From assembly GCA_947495425.1 (NCBI GenBank), contig CANLYR010000022.1, positions 360 through 64,359 of the forward strand: a DNA stretch of 64,000 nt, read 5' to 3'. Below the pieces are notes generated by a model, which saw only the letters and a program-made list of their open reading frames with translations, was not told the DNA's origin and ran no database searches. Every line of letters begins with the position of its first letter. The first letter of the stretch is position 1. Source of the stretch: an uncultured Aquimarina sp. (lineage in GTDB: Bacteria; Bacteroidota; Bacteroidia; Flavobacteriales; Flavobacteriaceae). A program made the position numbers and the translations under genes. Shown here piece by piece: positions 8,461 through 16,996 of this stretch.

Positions 8461-9476
8461 CTGTTTGTATTGTTTAGTTCCCAATAAAGAAAGGTTCCAC
8501 TAAATTCTTTTGATAATCTTTCATATTTGTCTGTGCTCAAATCAGCCTTTACATCATTTGAAATGATTTTAAGGTTGCTGTAGTAATTGCGTTCAAGACC
8601 TTTGTATATGTTCGGTAATCCCTTACCTCTATACGGGATTTTGGTACTTGACATTTTTCGACCGCTTATTATTTCTTTAAGAACCTCACGGTTATCAGTT
8701 ATTCCAAAGAATGATTTCAAATTATCTCGGAAACCACTCATTTTAGATGACTTGAAAATACCAACTCCCATATCAATAAAGGCAAAGGAAACCTTATTTA
8801 AAGCTTTATCATGGTAAACGGTCAGCCACCATGTCTCATGACCAATTTGAGTTGGTTTAGCATGGTAACAAGTGTTTGCCATACTTTCCATTAAAGCTCG
8901 GTAAACACCTGGACATCTTGCTTCCTGACCAAATACAATTTTGGTTGCTCTTTTAATCATTTCATTGGCAATACCACCTTCAGCCTTTTTGTTTTGTCTT
9001 GTCAGAATGTAGTTCTTGTGTTCGTTATCTGTGCCATTCGCACCAAATACACCGCTTTCCTGAAAAATCTTTCTAAGTTCATCATCTTTGGGATAATTGC
9101 CTTTGATTGGCACACCTTTAGTAATTGCTGGATTCTTAACTACTGCAAGCAGCAAGACAATCGCGTCATTGGTAAGATGGGTAATCTCTTTAAGGTTGAT
9201 TAATATCGGTTTTCTATGTTTTATTTTGTTTATAATCAGTTCCAAATAAGATAAAATGGCCACAGTGTTTTCTACAAACGAAAAATTGGACGGAGCAGGT
9301 AAGCTCTCAAACTGGCTGATTAAGCTTCGTTCGCGTTGTTCTTCTATTGGGACGCCATCAATTGTCCCTCTTTTTTTCTTGACCTTTTCTTTACTCGATA
9401 GCCGCTGCTTCAAACGGTCTTTCGCTTGCTTAGTATTGCGTTTTTTATATTCAGCTGTTGTGTAAAGTTTCTTCAT
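8448..9476 (-). CDS. GHKL (histidine-kinase-like/anti-sigma-kinase-like) ATPase with an N-terminal STAS-like segment
   Basis: Bergerat-fold boxes: N box ESMANTCYHA, G1 FIDMGVGIF, G2 YRGKGLPNIY. The N-terminal region ILINLKEITHLTNDAIVLLLAVV resembles a STAS core. The extreme N terminus is Lys-rich. Confidence 0.75.
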   Translation of the reverse strand: MKKLYTTAEYKKRNTKQAKDRLKQRLSSKEKVKKKRGTIDGVPIEEQRERSLISQFESLPAPSNFSFVENTVAILSYLELIINKIKHRKPILINLKEITHLTNDAIVLLLAVVKNPAITKGVPIKGNYPKDDELRKIFQESGVFGANGTDNEHKNYILTRQNKKAEGGIANEMIKRATKIVFGQEARCPGVYRALMESMANTCYHAKPTQIGHETWWLTVYHDKALNKVSFAFIDMGVGIFKSSKMSGFRDNLKSFFGITDNREVLKEIISGRKMSSTKIPYRGKGLPNIYKGLERNYYSNLKIISNDVKADLSTDKYERLSKEFSGTFLYWELNNTNRWTS

Positions 9477-9880
9477 TTAAATTTCACTTCTGGTCTATTT
9501 TCAGTTTGTGCTTTTTGCATGACGCACAACAATTTCGTATGCATGAAAACACACATACACCCAATTATACGTATTTACAAACACTTAAAATTGCTTTTAC
9601 AACAATACGCAAAAAATAGCCTTGGTCTACTGTGGGAATCCGTAAGGAGGTTGCGTTATTTATTCGTATATAACCAAACGATACGCTGCAAACTATAAAC
9701 AGACTACTTCGTCGTCTGTACCCTGAGCCATTTGACACAGATTTCCTTACTCCATAGTCCGTTTTAGACGAATCACACATTTTTTTCGCAAAAAAACCCC
9801 AGTTCCGGAAGATGAAACTACTATTTCCTAATCTTGCTTTTAATTTTAAACAATAACCTTTTTTTAAAAACAAATCGATT

Positions 9881-10582
9881 ATGTCTAAAGACAATTTTGA
9901 GCAAATGCTCCCGCTATTTGATGCCATGCCAGACCACAAGGTAAAAACACCTAACATACCCGTAGATACGATCCTGCAAGAGGTAGAAGATCTATTTGTA
10001 TGGGCGACCCAGGATAAAACTACCCTGGTCGATAACTCAGGATTAGATTGGGAACACTACGCGAAGGAGTTGCCTGCACGTGCCGGAGCATTGCGGCACG
10101 CGCAATCCATTTGGGTTAGCGAACGCTATGGGCAAGAAGAAGCCAATAAAACCTGGAAAGAAGTATCACCAGCAGCATACGGGCTTAGAGACGACCTGCT
10201 TGATGATTTTAGGTATGCTTATCGCAAACGTACCGATCTGCTAAGCCGAGTGCGCGAGATCAGTAATGGTAGTGGCAATGCCGATATGATACAAGACCTA
10301 AGTGATCTAAGTGTATTGGGTAAAAGTAATCTCGAACCCTTGCTGGTTTCAAAATTCGACCCTGCCAAACTAGAGGAAGCGGCTACCTTATCTAATGATA
10401 TGGCAGAACTGCTGGCCAGAGCCAACGGTGCGACCTTAGAAAACTCTTCGGCCAAACTGGTACGTGATAAAGCTTTTATGCATGTAAAAGAAGCATTAGA
10501 CGAGGTGCGCGATGCCGGTAAATATGTGTTCAAAAATCAACCCGAACGCTATCAAGGCTACATAAGCAGGTATAGAAAGTAA
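9881..10582 (+). CDS. hypothetical helical protein on a GC-richer segment
   Basis: 233-aa ORF with coherent coding-like composition and no TM segments. It is visibly more G+C-rich than its neighbours. No family recognised. Confidence 0.6.
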   Translation: MSKDNFEQMLPLFDAMPDHKVKTPNIPVDTILQEVEDLFVWATQDKTTLVDNSGLDWEHYAKELPARAGALRHAQSIWVSERYGQEEANKTWKEVSPAAYGLRDDLLDDFRYAYRKRTDLLSRVREISNGSGNADMIQDLSDLSVLGKSNLEPLLVSKFDPAKLEEAATLSNDMAELLARANGATLENSSAKLVRDKAFMHVKEALDEVRDAGKYVFKNQPERYQGYISRYRK

Positions 10583-10600
10583 CCAACCCGCACTATTAAT

Positions 10601-10875
10601 GATCCCCGCAGTGGTTTGCCTCTTCCCCGCGCATAGTTGAACGCTCCCCGTGGGTGTTTTAGGCTTCCTCGCGGTAGGTTGATGCTTCCCCGTAGTGCTT
10701 TTCTATTTCCCCGCGCCATAATGATGCGTCCCTGTCGCGGGGAAACTTATTTTGGGTGCGGGGATTCACTATTTGTATGCGAGGAAGGTTAGCGCAACTA
10801 CGGGGAGAGGTGTATATCCCACCGGGGAAGCTGAATAACAACCGGGGAAGACCTACAACCGCTCTGGGAAGCTAA
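10601..10875. repeat. mirror-symmetric array: 7 x CTTCCCCG-type cores, then 7 x CGGGGAAG-type cores, at 21-bp phasing
   Basis: The G of CCCCG falls at 10608, 10629, 10650, 10671, 10692, 10713 and 10734. The C of CGGGG falls at 10738, 10759, 10780, 10801, 10823, 10843 and 10864. The symmetry centre is about 10736. Mirrored cores are complementary in register; the spacers are not. Confidence 0.85.
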
Positions 10876-10905
10876 GTATATGCCAGGTGAGGCTCAAATG
10901 AATAC

Positions 10906-11445
10906 TTAGGTGCATGTAACCCAAAGTAACAAACCTAAAATCAGTAGTAATACAACTATGCCACAGCCCGCTGCTTCGCGACTAATCTCTTCATTTTCTT
11001 TATCTTGTTTCGCTTTCCATCGTTTTGCGACTTTTCTATCTTGTTCATCATATTTTGCTTTAAGATCAGTATCAAAACCAGACACATACTCCTCGAACTT
11101 CTTGAATCCTTCATAAATTTTATATTTGTCATCGCTCGCAGCGCTTAACTGGATGTTCAAAAAAGAATCCAATACCGGATATCCACTTTTTTTACGAAGC
11201 TTGGTAAACATGTTATCGCGCGTATCGTCTAGCACAACAACAGTCTGAAAAATGGTATCAATTTTTAAAAAACTAAGAACTAGTTGTACTTTTTCTAGAG
11301 CACTGCTATCCAAATTGGTAGCAGTATCGTAATTGTATGACAATACATGCGAAACTGCTTCGTCTAGTACATTCTTGGTTTCATAAGGTTCTTGAAACGT
11401 ATATTTCTCCACCTTGTATTCATGTACTTTTTCAAGAGGTTCCAT
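10906..11445 (-). CDS. hypothetical C-terminally anchored membrane protein
   Basis: 179-aa ORF with one C-terminal TM helix (GIVVLLLILGLLLWV) preceded by a charged K/E/D-rich helix. Confidence 0.55.
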   Translation of the reverse strand: MEPLEKVHEYKVEKYTFQEPYETKNVLDEAVSHVLSYNYDTATNLDSSALEKVQLVLSFLKIDTIFQTVVVLDDTRDNMFTKLRKKSGYPVLDSFLNIQLSAASDDKYKIYEGFKKFEEYVSGFDTDLKAKYDEQDRKVAKRWKAKQDKENEEISREAAGCGIVVLLLILGLLLWVTCT

Positions 11446-11533
11446 AGATCACGATTTTTAATTGTGGACAACTTACAAAATAAATGACTAAGCTTTGAGA
11501 AGTTACCTTACTCAAAAATACGAAACTAAAAAA

Positions 11534-11558
11534 ACCGCCTAAACATAGTTTAGACGGT
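11534..11558 (-). terminator. rho-independent terminator downstream of the T9SS beta-helix gene
   Basis: ACCGCCTAAAC / GTTTAGACGGT stem (one mismatch, 3-nt loop), followed on the minus strand by a 6-7 nt T run (A run at 11528-11533 on plus). Confidence 0.55.
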
Positions 11559-11793
11559 CTCACTTCTGTGTAATAATCCAAGCTATTCTTTACATGAATT
11601 CTTCATATAAAGAGGGTTAAAAAACAGCTTGTGGGTTTATTTATTTTAAAATCGTGATTTAGACTTTTTCCTATCCACTCTAGATGTTTGCGGATCTTTA
11701 TCAAAGCATGCTTTTCACTCAATTTTATCATTTTCTTACTCGGTAGCACCGCTAGGAAATGTAAAAGCACTGTAAATGATCAAAAAGCTTACA

Positions 11794-14394
11794 TCACTTT
11801 AAGATTAACCTTTTACTAGTGGTATATGTTTCGGTTTCAATTTTTAAGAAATACACTCCTTTACCATAAAGGTCTACAGGAAAGTTGATATCATTTTTAG
11901 AATCAAATTGCTTTTGCATAACCAATCTACCGCTAATGCTGTATAAACGTATAGTAACAGATTCATCTGTGTTTATACTATTTTCAAATACTATATGCAC
12001 TCGTTTATCTTTTGGTGGATTAGCAGCAAGAATGGCTTGCTCCTCTTTTGATATATCTAAATCAAGAGATTTAAATACTCTGGCATTTGTTTGGTTATTT
12101 TTGTAAAGACTACCAACTAAATCTCCTGTAGCTCCAAAAACAGCATACCCGATTTTTTCGCTTGTATGGTAGGTTTCGGTTTCTAAGGATTGTTCTTCTT
12201 GTCCATATACCTTGATCGCATTAGGTGTAAAACTACTGGGTTGGTTACTAACGCCTTTTTTGAAACGTGATTCCATCGGATCACCGCCATTTTTAGTTTG
12301 TATATTGGCAAAAAATACGCTGTTTGTATTTGGGTAATTAAGCTCAAAATTTATAGCAAACCATTTTTTGTCGATATATGTATTTCTAGTTCTATCTACT
12401 TCAAATAACGAAGTTCCAGAATTATCAGACACTCCTTTTTCTATCGCGATCCAATGTAATTTTTCTGTAACATGATTTCTATTCCCATCTTGGGTACCAC
12501 CGTTTTCTTCTTCTAGCAGTTGTGCTCTAAAACTTAGAGACGATACATCTTTGATATGTGTGCTTACTGCCTGAGCTTCATTTTCTGATACAATTTGATT
12601 GAAAACAACCGGTTTGCTTAAAAATTCTGTATCAAAATTGATTGAAGAGAATGTTGTATTCACATTTGATGCACCAGCTTCCACTACACTTCCATTAGCA
12701 AGTGTATACGTTCCTGCTTCTACCACCATATAATGAACTTCTTCTGTAGCATGGTTTTGATCCAGGTATTCCCATTCGTCTACTCGCCACTCAAAAGAAG
12801 TTGTAGTAATATTTCTTAATCTTACGGTTGCAGCATCTTCTTCATAAAATGAAAGTGGTCCCGTAATTACTATAGGATTGGTATAGGTGTTTTTAAAATA
12901 TACTTTCTTCCACTTTTGATTTGCAGTAGAGCGACCTAGTTCTCCTATAATTTTATTATCCAATATGGGTCCTGGTACTCCTGTAAATATAAAGGCTCCA
13001 ATATCGGGATTAGCCGTGTTAAAAGGAGCAAATCCTGTGTTTATACCTGCATCAATTGCTGGGCTATCAGATCGTAATTGTAGCTCATGAATCGGAAAAT
13101 TATTGTTTTTTGTCGGCTCTCTCACCAAAGCCGATCCTTGTGTAGTATCCCAAGAGGCAGAAGCAAAAAGATTGGTTTGATCCTGGGTTAATGGCGTAGC
13201 ATCTACAAACCTAGGATTCATGATAAAATCTTTTTCTGGAACTCCTGCCGGATTCCCTGTGGTGTTCCAGTGGATGTTGTTCTCAAAGACTATCGTGCTT
13301 TCATCGTTAGAAAATCGGCTGATGGTAGAAATAAGATCATCTCCACGAATCAGCAAGTTATTCGCAATATAGGCGTTTGCAGATCCCCCAACTTGTATAG
13401 GTTGATGTGCTCCACCTAAAGGGATCTCCTGATTAGGAACTCTTTTTGAATGCCCATTATCATATAATGTATTATGTATTACATCTACATTTTCAGTCTG
13501 AAAAACATTAACTCCGGCACCACCATTTCCGTAAGACACATTTCCGATAATTAAAGATTTACCACTGTAAGGTTTTGGGTCTGTACCTTGCATATGTTTA
13601 AAATCGTCTACAATAATCCCGTTTCCATCTGTAATTTTATAGCTAAACTCTGATGATCCTCTGAGTTGCACATTGTATCTACTAATATTATTTTTAATAA
13701 TGATGCGATGATTAGGGTACTCAGGGAAATTCTTTGCATTCTGATCGGTCATTTGCCAAAATCCTATACCGCTTGACCCAGCGGTAGAACTCCATGCATT
13801 GTGTTCTACGATATTGTTTTCAACAAGTACCACATCGGCCTCTGTACCGCCTATACCTGCTCCAGGAAAATCATGCACGTAGCAGTTACGCACAATAATA
13901 TTATGGGAATTTCCTATAACACCTATACCACCGCGGGATTGCCATGCCCATTCGCCAATTTCTTGTTTGAGGCCTTTATAGTCAATATCTAATGCGATGA
14001 CTTCCAGATTTTCAACAATGACATACTTCTTTGTTTGTAATGTAATTCCTGTTAAAGAAGAAGAATAAATTTTTGGTCTGTTCCCATTTGCATCAAGGAC
14101 ACCACTAATGGTAATATAAGCACCCTCTCTTCCAGAATTAGGAACATAGAGTTCGTTATACGCATTGGATCCTCCCAGATCCCGGTACTCGCCAGGCAGA
14201 ATTTTTAGAGTATCCCCTGCTCTTGTTTTGCCTGCACCCTTCACTACAGAACGTAAAGGTGTATTTGCCGAGAGACCATTATTCTGATCGCTACCATTGG
14301 CTTCGTCTACATAATATGTAGTCTGTGCAGACAAAAAAAATAAATTTGAACAGACGAGGATTAAAAAATAAAATGATTTTGTGTTCATAATCAA
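11794..14394 (-). CDS. secreted right-handed beta-helix (pectate-lyase-fold) protein with a T9SS C-terminal sorting domain
   Basis: Signal peptide; repeated N-h-h-h-x-N beta-helix rungs (VRNCYVHD, VENNIVEHN, IIKNNISRYN, HNTLYDNG); C-terminal Por-secretion-tail-like region (IRLYSISGRLVMQKQF...GVYFLKIETETYTTSKRLILK). Confidence 0.8.
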   Translation of the reverse strand: MIMNTKSFYFLILVCSNLFFLSAQTTYYVDEANGSDQNNGLSANTPLRSVVKGAGKTRAGDTLKILPGEYRDLGGSNAYNELYVPNSGREGAYITISGVLDANGNRPKIYSSSLTGITLQTKKYVIVENLEVIALDIDYKGLKQEIGEWAWQSRGGIGVIGNSHNIIVRNCYVHDFPGAGIGGTEADVVLVENNIVEHNAWSSTAGSSGIGFWQMTDQNAKNFPEYPNHRIIIKNNISRYNVQLRGSSEFSYKITDGNGIIVDDFKHMQGTDPKPYSGKSLIIGNVSYGNGGAGVNVFQTENVDVIHNTLYDNGHSKRVPNQEIPLGGAHQPIQVGGSANAYIANNLLIRGDDLISTISRFSNDESTIVFENNIHWNTTGNPAGVPEKDFIMNPRFVDATPLTQDQTNLFASASWDTTQGSALVREPTKNNNFPIHELQLRSDSPAIDAGINTGFAPFNTANPDIGAFIFTGVPGPILDNKIIGELGRSTANQKWKKVYFKNTYTNPIVITGPLSFYEEDAATVRLRNITTTSFEWRVDEWEYLDQNHATEEVHYMVVEAGTYTLANGSVVEAGASNVNTTFSSINFDTEFLSKPVVFNQIVSENEAQAVSTHIKDVSSLSFRAQLLEEENGGTQDGNRNHVTEKLHWIAIEKGVSDNSGTSLFEVDRTRNTYIDKKWFAINFELNYPNTNSVFFANIQTKNGGDPMESRFKKGVSNQPSSFTPNAIKVYGQEEQSLETETYHTSEKIGYAVFGATGDLVGSLYKNNQTNARVFKSLDLDISKEEQAILAANPPKDKRVHIVFENSINTDESVTIRLYSISGRLVMQKQFDSKNDINFPVDLYGKGVYFLKIETETYTTSKRLILK

Positions 14395-14580
14395 TTTTCT
14401 AGTTAAAAATAAATAGTGTTATTTAATATTTATAATGCAAAACTAGAACGAAAATCTGTAGAGAATCTGTAGCCTTTTTCCAGAAACATCATAAGTCTGG
14501 ATTTCCTATAAAAAGTTGCCTTGTACCCTAAATTCGATATAAAGTTTTCGATACTCAGTCTTATATAGTCTAAAGGAGTT

Positions 14581-14600
14581 CCTTCTCCTTGGGGAGAGGG
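14581..14600. repeat. GC-rich REP-like hairpin
   Basis: CCTTCTCC-TTGG-GGAGAGGG. Confidence 0.6.
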
Positions 14601-14665
14601 TTAGCCTGCCTGTCGACTCTCCCAGAGCACTACCGTATGTACACAAATAAGTTAAGTTTTTTACA

Positions 14666-14693
14666 TTCCTTCCCCGCCACGGCGGGGAAGGAA
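14666..14693. repeat. GC-rich REP-like hairpin (perfect 13-nt arms)
   Basis: TTCCTTCCCCGCC-AC-GGCGGGGAAGGAA. Confidence 0.8.
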
Positions 14694-14823
14694 CTTTGAC
14701 TAGTTTTTATTCTCATTATTTGCAATACAGTTGTGTAAGAGGATAATAAAAAAAATCGAGTTTGTTTTTAAAAACTACTGCTCTTGTTAGGTGAGAGTTA
14801 ATACTCCCTCCCCTGTGGGAGAG
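14684..14823. repeat. ~140-bp direct repeat, copy 1
   Basis: GGGGAAGGAACTTTGACTAGTTTT..GTTAGGTGAGAGTTAAT..CTGTGGGAGAG. Near-identical to 15048-15185, with a handful of substitutions or indels by eye. Confidence 0.85.
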
Positions 14824-14862
14824 CTACCATGCGTACTCAAATAAGTTAAGCTTTTTTATGTT

Positions 14863-14903
14863 CCTTCCCCTGGCAGGGGAAGGTGTCCCGCCCATAGCGG
14901 GAC
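14863..14903. repeat. two adjacent GC-rich REP-like hairpins
   Basis: CCTTCCCC-TGGCA-GGGGAAGG (14863-14883) and GTCCCGC-CCATA-GCGGGAC (14885-14903). Confidence 0.75.
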
Positions 14904-15034
14904 GGTAGGGGTTGATATTTCAAAATACAAAGAGGTAGATGCTATAATACTACCGTTTAATTCTATAGTTTTAAAAGGCCAAAAGTGATAATAATGCGTG
15001 TATGCATCCCTTCCGAATTGACGATGTCAATCCA

Positions 15035-15055
15035 CCTTCCCCTACCAGGGGAAGG
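15035..15055. repeat. GC-rich REP-like hairpin
   Basis: CCTTCCCC-TACCA-GGGGAAGG. It forms the left border of repeat copy 2. Confidence 0.75.
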
Positions 15056-15185
15056 AACTTTGACTAGTTTTATTCTCATTATTTGCAATACAGTTGTGTA
15101 AGAGGATAATAAAAAATTCGGGTTTGTTTTTAAAAACTAATGCTCTTGTTAGGTGAGAGTTAATGCTCCCTTTCCTGTGGGAAAG
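15048..15185. repeat. ~140-bp direct repeat, copy 2
   Basis: See copy 1. It ends in the hairpin CCTTTCC-TGT-GGGAAAGG. Confidence 0.85.
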
Positions 15186-15233
15186 GATTGGAGTGAGGTC
15201 GTTTACTATAATTTATAATCAGAGTATAAAAAA

Positions 15234-15257
15234 AGAGGCTGGATTGCTCCAGCCTCT
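15234..15257 (-). terminator. rho-independent terminator of the S8 peptidase gene
   Basis: AGAGGCTGG / CCAGCCTCT 9-bp stem with a 6-nt loop, followed on the minus strand by a T run (A run 15228-33 on plus). Lies about 35 nt after the stop. Confidence 0.7.
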
Positions 15258-15291
15258 ACTATAATAAGGAAATAAGATAAGATTATATATT

Positions 15292-16515
15292 TTAGTTTAA
15301 GGTAGCTATAGGAGCTGTATATCCTCCTTTTCTTACAGATCCATCTGTTCCTGTACGGTTACCTCTTATCAATAATATTCCTGCCACGTGTGGTGATGCC
15401 ATAGACGTACCAGAAATTTTATTAAACTGGCCATTTAACCAAGTAGACCATACTTGAGTACCTGGAGCCCAACGATCTACACTTCTCCCAAAGCTTGAGC
15501 TATTTGCAGGAGCATCTACATTAGTCATATTACCAACACACCAAGTTCTGCTAGTTCGTAATCGTTGTGGTGAATAAAATTGTGTATCATCATTACTGTT
15601 TCCTGCTGCCATGGCCCCATAAGCTCTAGCTTGTAAATTTCTAAATGCATTATCAATAGCCTGAGAAGTAGCTCGAGTACGAGATCCTATACTGTAGTTC
15701 CATGTATCGCCATTACTTGCATTATTAGCTACATAGTCTACTCCTGCAAGAATACCTGAATTGCTACCACTCCCTTGAGCGTTTAATACTCTAACAGAAA
15801 CTACAGTTGCACCGTAAGCAACACCAATAACTCCCGAGCCATTGTTTTTTGCGGCAACAGTTCCTGCCACATGAGTTCCATGTCCGTTTTGATCTTGCCA
15901 AGAACCACCAACAAAACTTCTACTTTTACTCGTATTAATATTGAGGTCACGATGCGGAGCTATACCACTATCTAGTATCCAACAAGTTCTACCATTACCA
16001 TCTGCTCTACCTACTCGGTTGATACCCCAAGGCAAAAATTCTCCATTGCTAAGTTGTGAATCATTCGTTGTCGCTTTGTTTAATACTGTTGCAGGAAGCG
16101 AACTTACAGGTTTCCCCATATTGATATCCAGACTTTGAATATAGTTCGGTTCTATATATGCAATTTCAGTATCATTTCTAAGCATATCTGCTTGTTCTTC
16201 AGTTAGATTTTTAACTGCAAACCCTTGAATCACGTTACTATACGTCTGCTTTATATTGCTCTTTGCAATAGCATGTTTTGCTAGCGTTTGCTGAGATTTT
16301 GCCTCCATCTTTGCAATGTTCCCAGACAGAGACTTACTCTCGTTATAAATTACGATGTACTCTCCTGGCACAGCCTGATCTGCACCTATATTACTTGAAG
16401 TTTCTACTTCTATTCCAGTTTCTATGTCCGTAACTTCATCTACATCTTTCTCACAACTATAAAAGAGAAAAGAAAGAACTGTTATTACGCTTAAAATCCT
16501 AAGTTGAGCATTCAT
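15292..16515 (-). CDS. S8 (subtilisin) family serine peptidase with an N-terminal propeptide; lipoprotein/secreted
   Basis: Catalytic triad contexts WILDSGI (Asp), HGTHVAGTVAA (His) and SGTSMASPHVAG (Ser). Signal peptide with LFYSC. I9-like propeptide region (YIVIYNES...VIQGFAVKNLTEEQADMLRNDTEIAYIEPN). Confidence 0.9.
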   Translation of the reverse strand: MNAQLRILSVITVLSFLFYSCEKDVDEVTDIETGIEVETSSNIGADQAVPGEYIVIYNESKSLSGNIAKMEAKSQQTLAKHAIAKSNIKQTYSNVIQGFAVKNLTEEQADMLRNDTEIAYIEPNYIQSLDINMGKPVSSLPATVLNKATTNDSQLSNGEFLPWGINRVGRADGNGRTCWILDSGIAPHRDLNINTSKSRSFVGGSWQDQNGHGTHVAGTVAAKNNGSGVIGVAYGATVVSVRVLNAQGSGSNSGILAGVDYVANNASNGDTWNYSIGSRTRATSQAIDNAFRNLQARAYGAMAAGNSNDDTQFYSPQRLRTSRTWCVGNMTNVDAPANSSSFGRSVDRWAPGTQVWSTWLNGQFNKISGTSMASPHVAGILLIRGNRTGTDGSVRKGGYTAPIATLN

Positions 16516-16678
16516 TTTATTTGATTTATGTGTTAAACAATTGATTTAAGTTAAATTATTGAGATCTCATAACTTTAATTATTTAAAAGTATGGATTAAT
16601 CCCAATATCCAAATACGGTAAAAACACATAAAACAAAGGGTTACACTTAATTCACTTGTCGTTGAATTAGAAAAAACA

Positions 16679-16729
16679 CCCCTTGATATTCAGTAATGCA
16701 ACACTTTTGCATTATTGAATATCAAGGGG
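16679..16729 (-). terminator. very strong hairpin (22-nt arms, 1 mismatch); T run on the minus strand
   Basis: CCCCTTGATATTCAGTAATGCA-ACACTTT-TGCATTATTGAATATCAAGGGG. On the minus strand it is followed by TGTTTTTT. It lies about 690 nt downstream of the acs stop, so which transcript it terminates is unclear. Confidence 0.45.
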
Positions 16730-16996
16730 TTAAATATGAATTGGAGGGGATAAAAAAGATGGGGAATATGATGAAAAAAAACTAAAAAAGATAACCTTTT
16801 TATAAATGTTAATTAACACTATTTAGTCGAAAAAATAATGTTAAAAAAGGTAAAACCTCAATTTTTCACCCTTATTATTATGATTTTATTGTACATAATA
16901 TACCCTTAAAATAAAAATAAACATTGTATACACTGAATATAAAAATTAGAGTTCAGTAGATAGGTATTTATATTTTAATTGAAGTATCCTGAAAAA

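Noticed and set aside
9426-9957. Track ORFs 9426..9698(+) and 9565..9957(-) in the divergent spacer
   Set aside because: They have odd composition (Cys/Phe/Ile-rich), overlap each other and the 5' end of the 9881 gene, and lie where divergent promoters are expected.
10659-10841. 60-aa minus-strand ORF inside the 7+7 repeat array
   Set aside because: Its P/R/G-rich sequence is a by-product of translating the periodic CCCCG/CGGGG cores. It has no start context and spans the symmetry centre.
10601-10875. CRISPR interpretation of the 21-bp periodic array
   Set aside because: The conserved core is only 8-9 bp, and the unit of 21 bp is too short for repeat plus spacer. The orientation flips at the centre and no cas genes are nearby.
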